From: Acidobacteriota bacterium
GTDB taxonomy: Bacteria > Acidobacteriota > Thermoanaerobaculia > Multivoradales > UBA5704
Direction: 5' to 3'
DNA: 64,000 bases
Assembly: GCA_040005235.1 (NCBI GenBank)
Contig: JBDTZG010000016.1
Coordinates: 36,066-100,065, forward strand
The notes beneath the pieces are model-generated. The model was not told the origin of the DNA and ran no database searches. It saw nothing but the letters and a program-made list of their open reading frames with translations. How positions within the stretch are numbered: position 1 is the first letter of the stretch; the number at the start of each line of letters is the position of its first letter. The position numbers and the translations under genes were made by a program. Below are positions 29,925 to 39,740 of the stretch, one piece after another.

Positions 29925-30344
29925 GCGCTTGCCCCGCACAATTCGGCCGATGACTTGTGCGATTCCGCGATTGACGTGTGCGAAAACGCCGTCACAGCGC
30001 ACGATTCCGGCGCTGATTTTTACAGGACGGCCGTCGGCGAGGGGTCGCGAGGCGTCGAAAATTGGATTCCTGCCGTCCACAAGGGGTTCTCAGCCGTCGA
30101 CGCGTGCAGGCCGGCCGTTCCTTTGTGCGAGTTTCCCGTTCGCAAGGCCTCGCGAGCCGCGAAAAATAGGTCGGCAGCCATCGATTCGCACATGTTTCTC
30201 GCTGCCTTGTGCGAAATTTTGGTTCACCGATCGTTGTGGGCGGCAGAAATCCCATTGGCAGCGGCGTACGAGGGACCGGCGACGGACGACGCTCGTGTGG
30301 CGGCGGTTGAAATCCTGTCGGGGGCGACCGAGACGGGATCGTGA
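29925..30344 (+). repeat. Degenerate tandem array, 21-bp period, about 20 units
   Basis: Units in phase start with GCCGTC/GGCGTC/GCCGTT/GCCATC-like anchors; recurring in-phase sub-words TGTGCGA, TCGCGA, AGGGGT. Confidence 0.8.
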
Positions 30345-30472
30345 GCGGTCGGCGATCTACCGAATACCGGGGACGGTTTTATCGTGGGGCATGATCCTCT
30401 TCGCGCCCGGACGGCGCCTACTCTAACGAGAAGGCGAAATCCTTCGTCCTTCTGAAGAACAGGGGACCGTCC

Positions 30473-30661
30473 ATGAAATCGAAGCGCGACAAGAAGCTGG
30501 CCTTGAGTGCAGAGACCGTACGCCGCCTGAACAACTTCGAAATGGCCGAGGTGGCGGGCGGAATCACCTCGATCTGCACCGCCAACCCCAACGCCGGCTG
30601 TACGACGTCGGACCACTGTACCGAATCCTGCGGCCCGATCTCCGTCTGCATCTGCCGTTGA
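30473..30661 (+). CDS. RiPP precursor, lanthipeptide-like (double-glycine leader)
   Basis: Leader MKSKRDKKLALSAETVRRLNNFEMAEVAGG; 32-aa core with 6 Cys, 5 Thr, 4 Ser; AGGGGA RBS. Confidence 0.8.
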   Translation: MKSKRDKKLALSAETVRRLNNFEMAEVAGGITSICTANPNAGCTTSDHCTESCGPISVCICR

Positions 30662-30770
30662 CCCTATCGAGCGAGGGTGCTGGACGGACGGAACCGAGCC
30701 GTCCGGCGCCTTCGCGAACCCGTCCTCTACGCCGGGGTGGCCCTCCTCGCTGTGCTATAAATTCGCTCCC

Positions 30771-31637
30771 GTGACGCGTCTTGGAGACCTCGAGCTGGCC
30801 CTGGTCGGCGATGGAGAGTTTCGCCTCGACGGCGGAGCCATGTTCGGGGTCGTGCCGAAAGCGCTCTGGGCGTCGATGAAGGTGCCGGACGCCGACAACC
30901 GCATCCGCATGGCGACGAACTGTGTGCTGGTCCGGCGGGGGAGCGACCTCCTCCTGATCGACACCGGGATCGGCGACAAGCACAACGCCAAATTCGGCGA
31001 GATCTACGACCTAGACCCCCACGCCGTCCGCCTGCCAGAGGCGATCCGAGGGGCCGGTTTCGAGCTTTCAGACGTCACCCACGTCCTGCTGTCGCACCTC
31101 CATTTCGACCACTGCGGCTGGAACACCCGCCGCAACCCGGAGGGCCGGGTCGTTCCGACCTTTCCGAACGCCCGCTATTGGCTGAACCGGGGGGAGGTCG
31201 AGCACGCCAGGAACCCCAGCGAGCGCGACCGGGCGAGCTACTTTCCCGACAACTGGGAGCCGCTGTTCGAGGCGGGCCAGGTCGAGCTGTTCGACGACGA
31301 GGCCGAGCCGATGCTGGGGGTCCGCGCCGTGCGCGCCCCGGGGCATAACGCGGACATGTGCATCGTTCTACTAGATGGCGGAGTCCCCGACGGGGTCCCG
31401 CAACGTGCCGTGTTCTGGGCCGATCTGGTGCCGACCGTCGCCCACGTGCCGCTCCCCTGGATCATGGCTTACGACCTCTATCCGCTGACGACGCTGGAAA
31501 ACAAGAAGAAGTGGCTGCCGCGCGCCTCGGAGGAGAATTGGCTCTGCATCTTCGAGCACGATGCCGAAACTCCCCTCGCCCGCCTGGCCTCGGACCGGCC
31601 GGGGCGTTTCCGCGTCGTACCTGTCGCGGCTCCTTGA
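30771..31637 (+). CDS. Metallo-beta-lactamase-fold hydrolase (YtnP-like)
   Basis: FRLDGGAMFGVVPK, LIDTG, SHLHFDHCG, PGH, WIMAYDLYP, FEHD. Confidence 0.92.
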   Translation: MTRLGDLELALVGDGEFRLDGGAMFGVVPKALWASMKVPDADNRIRMATNCVLVRRGSDLLLIDTGIGDKHNAKFGEIYDLDPHAVRLPEAIRGAGFELSDVTHVLLSHLHFDHCGWNTRRNPEGRVVPTFPNARYWLNRGEVEHARNPSERDRASYFPDNWEPLFEAGQVELFDDEAEPMLGVRAVRAPGHNADMCIVLLDGGVPDGVPQRAVFWADLVPTVAHVPLPWIMAYDLYPLTTLENKKKWLPRASEENWLCIFEHDAETPLARLASDRPGRFRVVPVAAP

Positions 31638-31643
31638 TCTACC

Positions 31644-31678
31644 GATTCCAGATTCCCGATTCGACATTCCAGATTCCT
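31644..31678 (+). repeat. Short heptamer tandem repeat (GATTCCA-like, five units) upstream of lpdA
   Basis: gattcca gattccc gattcga cattcca gattcct. Confidence 0.6.
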
Positions 31679-31689
31679 CCGGAGACCCC

Positions 31690-33105
31690 ATGGCGCCAAA
31701 TACCCCGGCCAAAATTCAAGATAGCTTCGATCTGATCATCCTCGGCAGCGGCCCCGGCGGGTACGTCGCCGGCATTCGCGCCGGTCAGCTGGGTTTGAAG
31801 GTGGCGGTGATCGAGAAGGACCCGAAATTCGGCGGCACCTGCCTGCACCGCGGCTGCATCCCGACCAAGGCGCTCCTGCACACCGCCTCGGTGCTCGACG
31901 AAATCCGCGAAGCGGGCAGCATCGGCATCGACGTCGGAGAGCCGAAGCTCGACATCGGCCGCGCCCAGGAACGCAAGCGCAAGGTGGTGGACAAGAACGC
32001 CCGCGGCATCGAGTTCCTGTTCAAGAAGAACAAGGTGACCGGCATCCAGGGCTTCGGCCGGATGGTCGGCCCGAATCAGGTGGAGGTGGCGGGCGCCAAC
32101 GGCACGGTCGTCTACGAGGGCAAGCACATCATGATCGCGACCGGCTCGGTGCCGCGCGACATTCCGATCGCCCCCTCGGACGGCGTGCGGGTGCTCAATT
32201 CAGACCACATCCTGGAGCTGCAGAAGGTGCCGCAGAGCCTGGTCGTCCTCGGTGCCGGAGCTGTGGGCACCGAGTTCGCGTCGATCTACACCTCGTTCGG
32301 CACCAAGGTGACGCTGATCGAGATGCTGCCGCGCGTCCTGCCGATCGAAGACGAAGAGGTCTCGGCCGACCTCGAAAAGATCCTGCGGAAGCGCGGGATC
32401 GAGATCATGACCAACACCAAGATGCTCTCCTGCGAGAAGACTGAGACGGGCGTCCGCCTGGCGCTCGAAGGGGGGAAGAAAGATCAGATCGAGGCCGAGA
32501 TGCTGCTGGTCGCGGTCGGTCGGAAGCCGGTGACCGAAAACCTCGGGTTCGAGGCGCTGGGGGTGGAGATCGAGCGCGGCTACGTCAAGATCAACCCGTT
32601 CATGCAGACCGCCGTGCCGCACATCTACGCGATCGGCGACGTGGTTAACACGCCGTGGCTCGCGCACGTCGCCTCGGCGGAGGGCATCCTCGCCGCCGAG
32701 CACATCGCGGGCAAGCCGGTGCGGCCGATCAACTACGATCGGGTCCCCTCCTGCACCTATTGCGATCCGGAGGTGGCGAGCGTCGGCTTGACCGAGGCCA
32801 AGGCGAAGGAGCGCGGCTACGAAGTCCAAGTCGGCAAGTTCCCGCTCTCCGCGCTCGCCAAGGCGTCGATCCTCGGCCGGCCGGAAGGGTTCGTCAAAGT
32901 CGTCCGCGACAAGAAGTACGACGAGATCCTCGGCGTCCACATCCTCGGCGCCCACGCGACCGACCTGATCGCCGAAGCGTGCGTCGCGCTCCAGATGGAG
33001 GGGACGGACGAGGAGCTGTTCCGCACCATGCACGCGCATCCGACGCTCTCCGAAGCGGTGATGGAAGCGGCCCACGCCGCCCACGGCCAGGCCATCCATT
33101 TCTAG
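31690..33105 (+). CDS. lpdA: Dihydrolipoyl dehydrogenase (E3)
   Basis: GSGPGGY, GGTCLHRGCIPTK, GAGAVGTEF, YAIGD, HAHPTLSE. Confidence 0.96.
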   Translation: MAPNTPAKIQDSFDLIILGSGPGGYVAGIRAGQLGLKVAVIEKDPKFGGTCLHRGCIPTKALLHTASVLDEIREAGSIGIDVGEPKLDIGRAQERKRKVVDKNARGIEFLFKKNKVTGIQGFGRMVGPNQVEVAGANGTVVYEGKHIMIATGSVPRDIPIAPSDGVRVLNSDHILELQKVPQSLVVLGAGAVGTEFASIYTSFGTKVTLIEMLPRVLPIEDEEVSADLEKILRKRGIEIMTNTKMLSCEKTETGVRLALEGGKKDQIEAEMLLVAVGRKPVTENLGFEALGVEIERGYVKINPFMQTAVPHIYAIGDVVNTPWLAHVASAEGILAAEHIAGKPVRPINYDRVPSCTYCDPEVASVGLTEAKAKERGYEVQVGKFPLSALAKASILGRPEGFVKVVRDKKYDEILGVHILGAHATDLIAEACVALQMEGTDEELFRTMHAHPTLSEAVMEAAHAAHGQAIHF

Positions 33106-33123
33106 GGCGGGAGGAGCTTGCCG

Positions 33124-34248
33124 ATGTCAACGACAGGTAAATCCTTCGGGTCGCTTCATCCGGAATCCCCCAAGGTCGAGCGGCTGGCCGAAACTCGCCT
33201 TTCGCGCGAGCTCCAGCTCGATCTCTATCGCCTGCTGCGCCTCACCCGCATGGTCGAAGGGCGGCTCGGCAACCTCTACCGCCAGAACAAGGTCGTGGGC
33301 GGCCTCTATACCAGCCTGGGTCAAGAGGCGACCGCCGTCGGCTCCGCCTATGCGCTCGAAGAGGGCGACTTCATCGGTCCACTGATCCGCAACCTGGGCT
33401 CGATGCTGGTCCGGGGCGTCCTGCCGCGCGAAGTGATGATGCAGTACATGGCGCGCGGGCTCTCGCCCACCGGCGGCAAGGACGGCAACACCCACTTCGG
33501 CGATCTCGCCCGCGGCATCGTGGCCCCCATCTCGATGCTCGGTTCGGTGATCCCGGTGATGGCGGGCGTGGCGCTCGCGGCGAAGTTGCAGGGCCGGCCG
33601 GCGGTCGCGCTCACCTACATCGGCGACGGCGGCACCTCGACGGGCGATTTTCACGAGGGGTTGAATCTCGCGGCGGTCCTCGAGGTGCCGTTCGTCCTGA
33701 TCGCCGAGAACAACGGCTACGCCTATTCAACACCCACCGCGCGGCAGATGAAGATCAAGCACATCGTCGCCCGCGCCGCCGCCTACGGCATCCCGGGCGA
33801 GATGGTGGACGGCAACGACGTCCTCGCGGTCTACGAGGTGACGAAGAAGGCGGTCGAACGCGCGCGCGCCGGGGGCGGGCCGACTCTGATCGAGGCGAAG
33901 ACCTTCCGGATGAAGGGGCACGCCGAGCACGACGACGCGGGCTACGTGCCGCCGGAGCTGTTCGAGCAGTGGCGGAAGAAAGACCCGATCGACCGCTTCG
34001 AGCGCCACCTGCTGGGGCTCGGCCTCGCGACGCCGGAAGATCTCCAGAACATCGTCGCCGAGATCGACCGCGGGCTCGACGCCGAGGTCGATTTCGCGCT
34101 CGCCTCGCCGATGCCGCCGCCCGAGCGGGCGCTCGAAGGGGTTTACGAGCCCGATCCGGCGTCCGGCCTGGGAACGATCCTGCCGGATGCACCGCCGGTG
34201 AATGCCCTGAATGCCCTGAACGCGCAGAATGGGGGAGCCGCCCGATGA
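33124..34248 (+). CDS. 2-oxoacid dehydrogenase E1 alpha subunit (pyruvate or branched-chain type)
   Basis: GQEA, GDGGTSTGDFHEGLN...ENNGYA TPP motif, VDGND, RMKGHAEHD. Confidence 0.93.
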   Translation: MSTTGKSFGSLHPESPKVERLAETRLSRELQLDLYRLLRLTRMVEGRLGNLYRQNKVVGGLYTSLGQEATAVGSAYALEEGDFIGPLIRNLGSMLVRGVLPREVMMQYMARGLSPTGGKDGNTHFGDLARGIVAPISMLGSVIPVMAGVALAAKLQGRPAVALTYIGDGGTSTGDFHEGLNLAAVLEVPFVLIAENNGYAYSTPTARQMKIKHIVARAAAYGIPGEMVDGNDVLAVYEVTKKAVERARAGGGPTLIEAKTFRMKGHAEHDDAGYVPPELFEQWRKKDPIDRFERHLLGLGLATPEDLQNIVAEIDRGLDAEVDFALASPMPPPERALEGVYEPDPASGLGTILPDAPPVNALNALNAQNGGAAR

Positions 34249-35237
34249 GCCACCCGGCGACCACCACCTCCCAGACCTATCTCGAAGCGATCCGCCAGGG
34301 AATGTGGGACGAAATGGAACAGGACGAGCGGGTTTTCCTACTCGGCCAGGACGTCGGCACCTACGGCGGCGCGTTCCGCGTCACCGCGGGATTCCTCGAT
34401 CATTTCGGCCCGCAGCGGGTGATCGACACGCCGATCTCGGAATCGGGCATGGTCGGCGCCGCGATCGGCGCCGCGATGCTGGGCCTCCGACCGATCGTCG
34501 AGATGCAGTTCATCGATTTCATCTCCTGCGCCTACAACCAGATCATCAATTTCGCCGCGACCTGCCGCTACCGCTGGGGGCAGAGCGTGCCGATCGTGAT
34601 CCGCGGCCCGTCGGGCGGCAACATCCACGGCTCGGCGTTCCACAGCCAGAACCCGGAGAGCTACTTCCAACACACCCCGGGCTTGAAGATCGTCGCTCCA
34701 TCGAGCGCGATCGACGCCAAGGGGCTGATCCGTGCGGCGATCCGCGACCCGAACCCGGTCCTCTTCTTCGAGCACAAGTACCTCTACCGGCGGATCAAGG
34801 AAGAAGTGCCCGACGGCGACTGGATCGTGCCGATCGGCAAGGCCCGCCTGGCGCGCGCCGGCCGCGACCTGTCGATCGTGACCTACGGTGCTATGCTCCA
34901 TGTGGCTCTGGACGCCGCCTTAGCCCTCGAATCCGAAGGTATCGAGATCGAGGTTCTGGACCTCCGCACTATCAAGCCGCTCGACCAGGAGGCGATCCTC
35001 GCGACCGCTCGGAAGACGAGTCGAGTGCTGGTTTTGACCGAGGAGCAGACGACCGGATCGGTCGCGGGAGAGGTCGCGGCGCGAATCGGCGAGCTGGCTT
35101 TCGGCTTCCTCGACGCCCCGGTCACTCGGTTCTGCTGCCCGGATACTCCCGTGCCGTTCAGCCCAACGATGGAAGAGTTTTACTTGCCCAACGCCGAGAA
35201 GCTGGTCGCCAAGGTCCGCGACCTGCTCCGCTACTAG
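34245..35237 (+). CDS. 2-oxoacid dehydrogenase E1 beta subunit
   Basis: ATGA overlap; DTPISE, EMQFIDF, HSQ, PGLKIVAP, FFEHKYLY, DLRTIKPLD. Confidence 0.94.
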   Translation: MSHPATTTSQTYLEAIRQGMWDEMEQDERVFLLGQDVGTYGGAFRVTAGFLDHFGPQRVIDTPISESGMVGAAIGAAMLGLRPIVEMQFIDFISCAYNQIINFAATCRYRWGQSVPIVIRGPSGGNIHGSAFHSQNPESYFQHTPGLKIVAPSSAIDAKGLIRAAIRDPNPVLFFEHKYLYRRIKEEVPDGDWIVPIGKARLARAGRDLSIVTYGAMLHVALDAALALESEGIEIEVLDLRTIKPLDQEAILATARKTSRVLVLTEEQTTGSVAGEVAARIGELAFGFLDAPVTRFCCPDTPVPFSPTMEEFYLPNAEKLVAKVRDLLRY

Positions 35238-35294
35238 CTGCTCGTCAGCGCCGACACCGGTCCGAGATCGAGCTTAAGACCACGGAGAAGGATA

Positions 35295-36746
35295 ATGGCA
35301 ACTGAAGTCGTGATGCCCCAAATGGGCGAGTCGATCGCCGAGGGAACGATCACCAAGTGGCTGGTGAAGGTGGGAGACAAGGTCGAACGCGACCAGCCAC
35401 TGTTTGAGATTTCGACCGATAAAGTCGACGCGGAGATTCCGAGCCCGGCGTCCGGTGTGCTCACCGAGATCCTGAATCAAGAGGGCGAGACGGTCGCGGT
35501 CAACAAGGTCGTCGCGATGATCGGCGGGGCCGACGCCCCGGCCGCTGCGGCCGCCCCGGCTGCTGCAACTCCGGCGGAAGCGCCGACGGCGGCTCCGGCT
35601 CCCGCGGCAGCTCCTGAACCGGCTCCCGCGCCTGCGGCCGCACCGGCCCCGGCCCCGGCAGCCTCCGCTCCGGCTCCTGCCGCAGCTCCGGCTGCCGCGC
35701 CGGCCTCAGGTGCTCCAGCCACGGAAGCGGATCGCCTGCGGACCTATTCGAGCCCGCTCGTCCGCAACATTGCGGCGCAGGAGGGAGTCGATATTTCGAC
35801 GATCTCCGGCACCGGCACCCACGGCCGCGTGACCAAGGACGACATCCTTTCGGTGGTCGAAGCGAAGAAGTCGGGAGCCGCTGCCCCCGCTCCCGCACCG
35901 GCCGCGCCGCCTGCCGCTCCTGCGGCAGCCCCCGCCGCCGCCGCAGCGGCCGTTTCGCCCGCGCAGGCTCCGGCGCCCGCCCAGCGGCCGACCGGCGGCT
36001 TTTCCGTCGCGGCCTACGGCCCGAACGAGAACGTCGAGATCGAGCCGATGTCGAAGATCCGGCAGATCACGGCGGCGCACATGGTCTACTCGAAGGCGAC
36101 CTCGGCCCACGTGACGACGGTCTTCCACGTCGATTTCTCGAAGATCGCGAAGCTCCGCGCCCGCGCGAAAGACGGCTTCTTCAAGAAAGAGGCGACGAAG
36201 CTCACCTACATGCCGTTCATCTTCAAGGCGGTGGTCAACGGCCTCAAGATGTACAAGCAGGTGAACGCCTCGATCGACGGCACGAACATCGTCTACAAGA
36301 AGGACATCAACCTCGGCATGGCGGTCGACCTCGGCCACGGCCTAATCGTCCCGGTGATCAAGAAGGCCGACCAGCTCTCCTTGGTTGGCCTCGCCAAGAC
36401 CGCCAACGACCTCGCCGACCGCGCCCGCACCAAGAAGCTCAAGCCCGAAGAAGCCTCGGGCGGCACCTTCACGATCACCAACCCGGGAGTTTTCGGCAGC
36501 CTCTTCGGAACCCCGGTGATCAACCAGCCCCAAGTCGCGATCCTCGGCGTAGGAGCGATCGAAAAGCGCCCGATCGTCATCACCGACGAAGACGGCAACG
36601 ACAACCTCGCGATCAAGACCATGTGCTACCTGGCGATCACCTACGACCACCGCCTGGTCGACGGAGCCGATGCCGACCGCTTCATGCTGGAGGTCAAGCG
36701 GACGATCGAAGAGGACGCCTGGGGCGAGCTGGAACCGTACCTCTGA
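35295..36746 (+). CDS. 2-oxoacid dehydrogenase E2 (dihydrolipoamide acyltransferase)
   Basis: One lipoyl domain (EISTDKVDAE), Ala/Pro linkers, E3-binding GTGTHGRVTKDD, GGTFTITN, YDHRLVDG. Confidence 0.94.
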   Translation: MATEVVMPQMGESIAEGTITKWLVKVGDKVERDQPLFEISTDKVDAEIPSPASGVLTEILNQEGETVAVNKVVAMIGGADAPAAAAAPAAATPAEAPTAAPAPAAAPEPAPAPAAAPAPAPAASAPAPAAAPAAAPASGAPATEADRLRTYSSPLVRNIAAQEGVDISTISGTGTHGRVTKDDILSVVEAKKSGAAAPAPAPAAPPAAPAAAPAAAAAAVSPAQAPAPAQRPTGGFSVAAYGPNENVEIEPMSKIRQITAAHMVYSKATSAHVTTVFHVDFSKIAKLRARAKDGFFKKEATKLTYMPFIFKAVVNGLKMYKQVNASIDGTNIVYKKDINLGMAVDLGHGLIVPVIKKADQLSLVGLAKTANDLADRARTKKLKPEEASGGTFTITNPGVFGSLFGTPVINQPQVAILGVGAIEKRPIVITDEDGNDNLAIKTMCYLAITYDHRLVDGADADRFMLEVKRTIEEDAWGELEPYL

Positions 36747-36780
36747 GACAAGAAGGCAGGTAGATCCCTGGAAGTTCGAA

Positions 36781-36809
36781 AGGCCCGGCGGTGACGCCGG
36801 GCCTTTTTT
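36781..36809 (+). terminator. Intrinsic terminator of the dehydrogenase operon
   Basis: AGGCCCGGCG-GTGA-CGCCGGGCCT followed by a T run. Confidence 0.85.
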
Positions 36810-36826
36810 CGGGTCGCGCGACGTCG

Positions 36827-39607
36827 CTACGGCCGGAGCGCCCAAAGCTCGGTGCCGGCCTCGGCGTCGTACCAAGGGAAGAAGATCCTCTCTCCGGAGC
36901 GAACGAAGTCTCGGAGAACGGCGCTGGAGTACAGAGGGAGGCGGCGCTTCGTCCCTGCGGGCGTACCGTCGGTGTCCCAGATGCCCGTGTCGGCCGCGAA
37001 GGCCAGGCGACCGCCGAGCACGGCGACCGCCGAGGCGGCGACCAGCCTGCCGTTCGGAAATTTCTGAGTGCGTGTGCCTACGGCGGTTCCGTCGGTCATG
37101 TAGAGCCGGCCGTCTTCGCCGAAGTAGACGACCCGGTTGCCCCAGACGATCGGCGCCGTTTCGAACTTGAGCCCCACCGTGGCTCCCGGCTGAAGGCCCG
37201 AGCCATTGCTCGACACGAAGCCTCTAAAGTAGGGAATTTCGTAGAAGACCAGCACCCGGTTGGCGAGCGCGATGATCGCGACCTCCCGCGTCGGACCGTA
37301 CTCATTGGAGGGCAGGTCGGCGACTTTCCGGGTGCCCGCTTCGGTCAGATCCGAAATCCAAAGTGCCGGTTGGGTGCCGATCTCCGACTGTTCGCCCGAG
37401 ACGAAGAACAGCTTGCCCTGCACCTCCACCACTTCGCTCGACAGCTCGGAGAACGGGGCGACGAGCGCGGGATAGACTTCGGCGAGGTGCCGCGTGCCGC
37501 CGATGGTGCCGTCCGAGACCCAGGGCTCCAACCCCCCGAGTTCGTCCGCGGCGAGGAAGGCGATCCGCCCCCGGACCTCGCGCAACGGCCCGCGCTCCCC
37601 GAAGGGAAAGGGACGCGGGTTCGCGAAGTCGGTCAGGCGGAGGGTGCCGGTCACGCTGCCGTCGGACGTCCACATCTCGGTCCCGTGGACACTGTCCGTC
37701 GCGATGAAGAACAGCCGCCCGCCGACGACGCGCACCCGGTCGATATACCGTAGCTCTCCCAAGGTCAGGCTGAACGTGCCCTCGGCAGTGCCGTCGCTGA
37801 TCCAGAGGTCGCTCGACGGGTCGGCTTCCCGACGAGACAGGACCAAACGCCCTCCCAAGTCGTAGCTCGCCAGGCCGTGGGTAAACACGTCGTTCCGCAC
37901 GGCGAAACGAGAGACGAGCGCGGTACCCTCCGTGCTGCCGTCCGAGACCCAGAGCTCGGTCTCCGCTCCGCCGTTCGCGGATGCGAAGAAACACCGGCCG
38001 CCAGCCGGCATCAGCTGCTCCGGGAACGAGCCGCCGTCCTGGTCGGGCTCCACATCCGCGATCAAGGCGGTGCCTGCGACGGTACCGTCGGAGACCCAAG
38101 GTTCGTTGCCATGGTCGGCGTCGTTCAGGCCGAAGAACGCGCGCCCTTCGACGACGACCCCGGGCCGCGGGTCGAAAAGGCTGTCCGAGGGGCCTTGGTT
38201 CACGAGCAACCGGGTGCCTGCGGCCGTGCCGTTGCTCGTCCATAGGTTGGGGAAGCCGACAGGACCGGTCACGCTAAAGAAGACCCGACCGTCGCCGGCA
38301 TAGAAGCCGCGCGGACTCGAGGACAAGGCTCCAGGAACGATATCTTTGACCCGGCGGGTGCCGTTCGGGGTGAGGTCACTGAGCCATAGCTCCTCGCCGC
38401 CGGTCGCTCCGGTGCCGGCGAACCAAATTCGGTTGCCGTCCGCGGCCCCCAGCTCTCTCACCCCCGAGCACGGACCGGGGCAGACGTCGATGCCGCGCGT
38501 TCCCTCCGGCCGGCCGTCGCTCACCCAAAGCTCGCGGCCGTGTGCCGCGTCTCCGGCCACGAAGGCGATGCGCGAACCGGCGACGAGCCGCCGCGGATCG
38601 ACCTCGGACGGGCCAAAGGAAGCGAGCTTTCGGGTCCGCGCGGTCGTACCATCGGTCACCCAGAGCTGGCGCTCGGCGTCTTGCTCGGCCTCGAAGAAGA
38701 AGAAGGTATTAGAGCCGGCCGTCGTGAACGAGCCGAGCAGCGACGAGGAGGCAGTAAATGGCGGACCGCCCATGACCTTGGTTCCCTGCGCCGTGCCATC
38801 GCTCCCCCAGAACCGGAATTGGTCGTCCAGATCCTGCGTGAGGAAGACCAATCGCGAGCCGGCCACACCCGCGGCCACCGGAGATCCTCCGACGGCCGCC
38901 ACCGTACGCGTCCCATTCGCGGTGCCGTCGCTGGTCCAGAGCGAGCCCCCGGTGAAGAACCAGAGTCGATCGCGAAACCAAACGAGGTTCCGCGGTAGGG
39001 AACCGAGGAAGCCCGGATCGATATCCTTCACCCGACGGGTGCCGGCCACGGTCCCGTCACTGGTCCAAAGCTCGTTTCCTGCCACGGTGTCGAAGTCACC
39101 GAACGAAAAATAGAACCGGCGAGGACCCGCTGCCACGACGTCACCTTCTTCGATCGGATAGCCAATCATCCTCCCAAACGCGTGCGTGCCGGCCACGGTT
39201 CCGTCGGTGATGTACATCCGGCAAAGCTGATCCAGGTCGCATCCAGTGAAGAACAGCAGCTCGCCGGCCGCCACCATATTCAGAATCGAATATTGATTGT
39301 TCAAAAGCCGGACCGTGCCCGCCGCGGTTCCGTTGGTGCTCCACAGGCCCAGTCCCTTGACGTACGCCGTGAACAGGGTGCGCCGGCCGACCCGGACGAA
39401 ATTCCGGGGTCTCGAACTGCCGCTGTGAAACGTCGGATCGACGTCCGCAACGCGGTACGGCTGTAAGGCTCGCGCGGCCGGAGCCAGCGGGAAGGCGTGA
39501 GCGAGGACGAGGATCGAGAGAAAAAGGACGGTCGATGGGCGCAATGCGGGCTCCGGTCGGCCGCTCAGTTCGTCGGCCTGATGAAGAGAAGGCGGGGTTT
39601 GATTCAT
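36827..39607 (-). CDS. Secreted ELWxxDGT-repeat protein
   Basis: More than ten LW(T/V/I)(S/T)DGT repeats (ELWTSDGT, ELWVSDG, EPWVSDGT); hydrophobic signal region; start uncertain. Confidence 0.9.
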   Translation of the reverse strand: MNQTPPSLHQADELSGRPEPALRPSTVLFLSILVLAHAFPLAPAARALQPYRVADVDPTFHSGSSRPRNFVRVGRRTLFTAYVKGLGLWSTNGTAAGTVRLLNNQYSILNMVAAGELLFFTGCDLDQLCRMYITDGTVAGTHAFGRMIGYPIEEGDVVAAGPRRFYFSFGDFDTVAGNELWTSDGTVAGTRRVKDIDPGFLGSLPRNLVWFRDRLWFFTGGSLWTSDGTANGTRTVAAVGGSPVAAGVAGSRLVFLTQDLDDQFRFWGSDGTAQGTKVMGGPPFTASSSLLGSFTTAGSNTFFFFEAEQDAERQLWVTDGTTARTRKLASFGPSEVDPRRLVAGSRIAFVAGDAAHGRELWVSDGRPEGTRGIDVCPGPCSGVRELGAADGNRIWFAGTGATGGEELWLSDLTPNGTRRVKDIVPGALSSSPRGFYAGDGRVFFSVTGPVGFPNLWTSNGTAAGTRLLVNQGPSDSLFDPRPGVVVEGRAFFGLNDADHGNEPWVSDGTVAGTALIADVEPDQDGGSFPEQLMPAGGRCFFASANGGAETELWVSDGSTEGTALVSRFAVRNDVFTHGLASYDLGGRLVLSRREADPSSDLWISDGTAEGTFSLTLGELRYIDRVRVVGGRLFFIATDSVHGTEMWTSDGSVTGTLRLTDFANPRPFPFGERGPLREVRGRIAFLAADELGGLEPWVSDGTIGGTRHLAEVYPALVAPFSELSSEVVEVQGKLFFVSGEQSEIGTQPALWISDLTEAGTRKVADLPSNEYGPTREVAIIALANRVLVFYEIPYFRGFVSSNGSGLQPGATVGLKFETAPIVWGNRVVYFGEDGRLYMTDGTAVGTRTQKFPNGRLVAASAVAVLGGRLAFAADTGIWDTDGTPAGTKRRLPLYSSAVLRDFVRSGERIFFPWYDAEAGTELWALRP

Positions 39608-39740
39608 AGGGCTCCAGACACGCACCCCGCTTAGAGGTGTGACCTTTAGAAGTGTCATTGTACTAGGTCGGCGGCGAGGAGCGCCCTGTTGGCCGGGGTG
39701 AGACGTCGAGGGAGACCGCCTGACCTGCGTCGCTCTTGCG

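Noticed and set aside
29925-30344. Possible CRISPR array
   Set aside because: Period is 21 bp with only a short degenerate anchor; no 23-47 bp constant repeat and no cas genes
35540-35990. Ala/Pro repeats in E2, K/G/D/E run in the DUF4350 gene (about 4805-4955) and 9-bp repeats at about 34200 and 13290
   Set aside because: Ordinary low-complexity linkers within genes
33124-36746. Specific pdhABC versus bkd gene symbols
   Set aside because: Gene order and motifs fit either complex; substrate cannot be decided by eye
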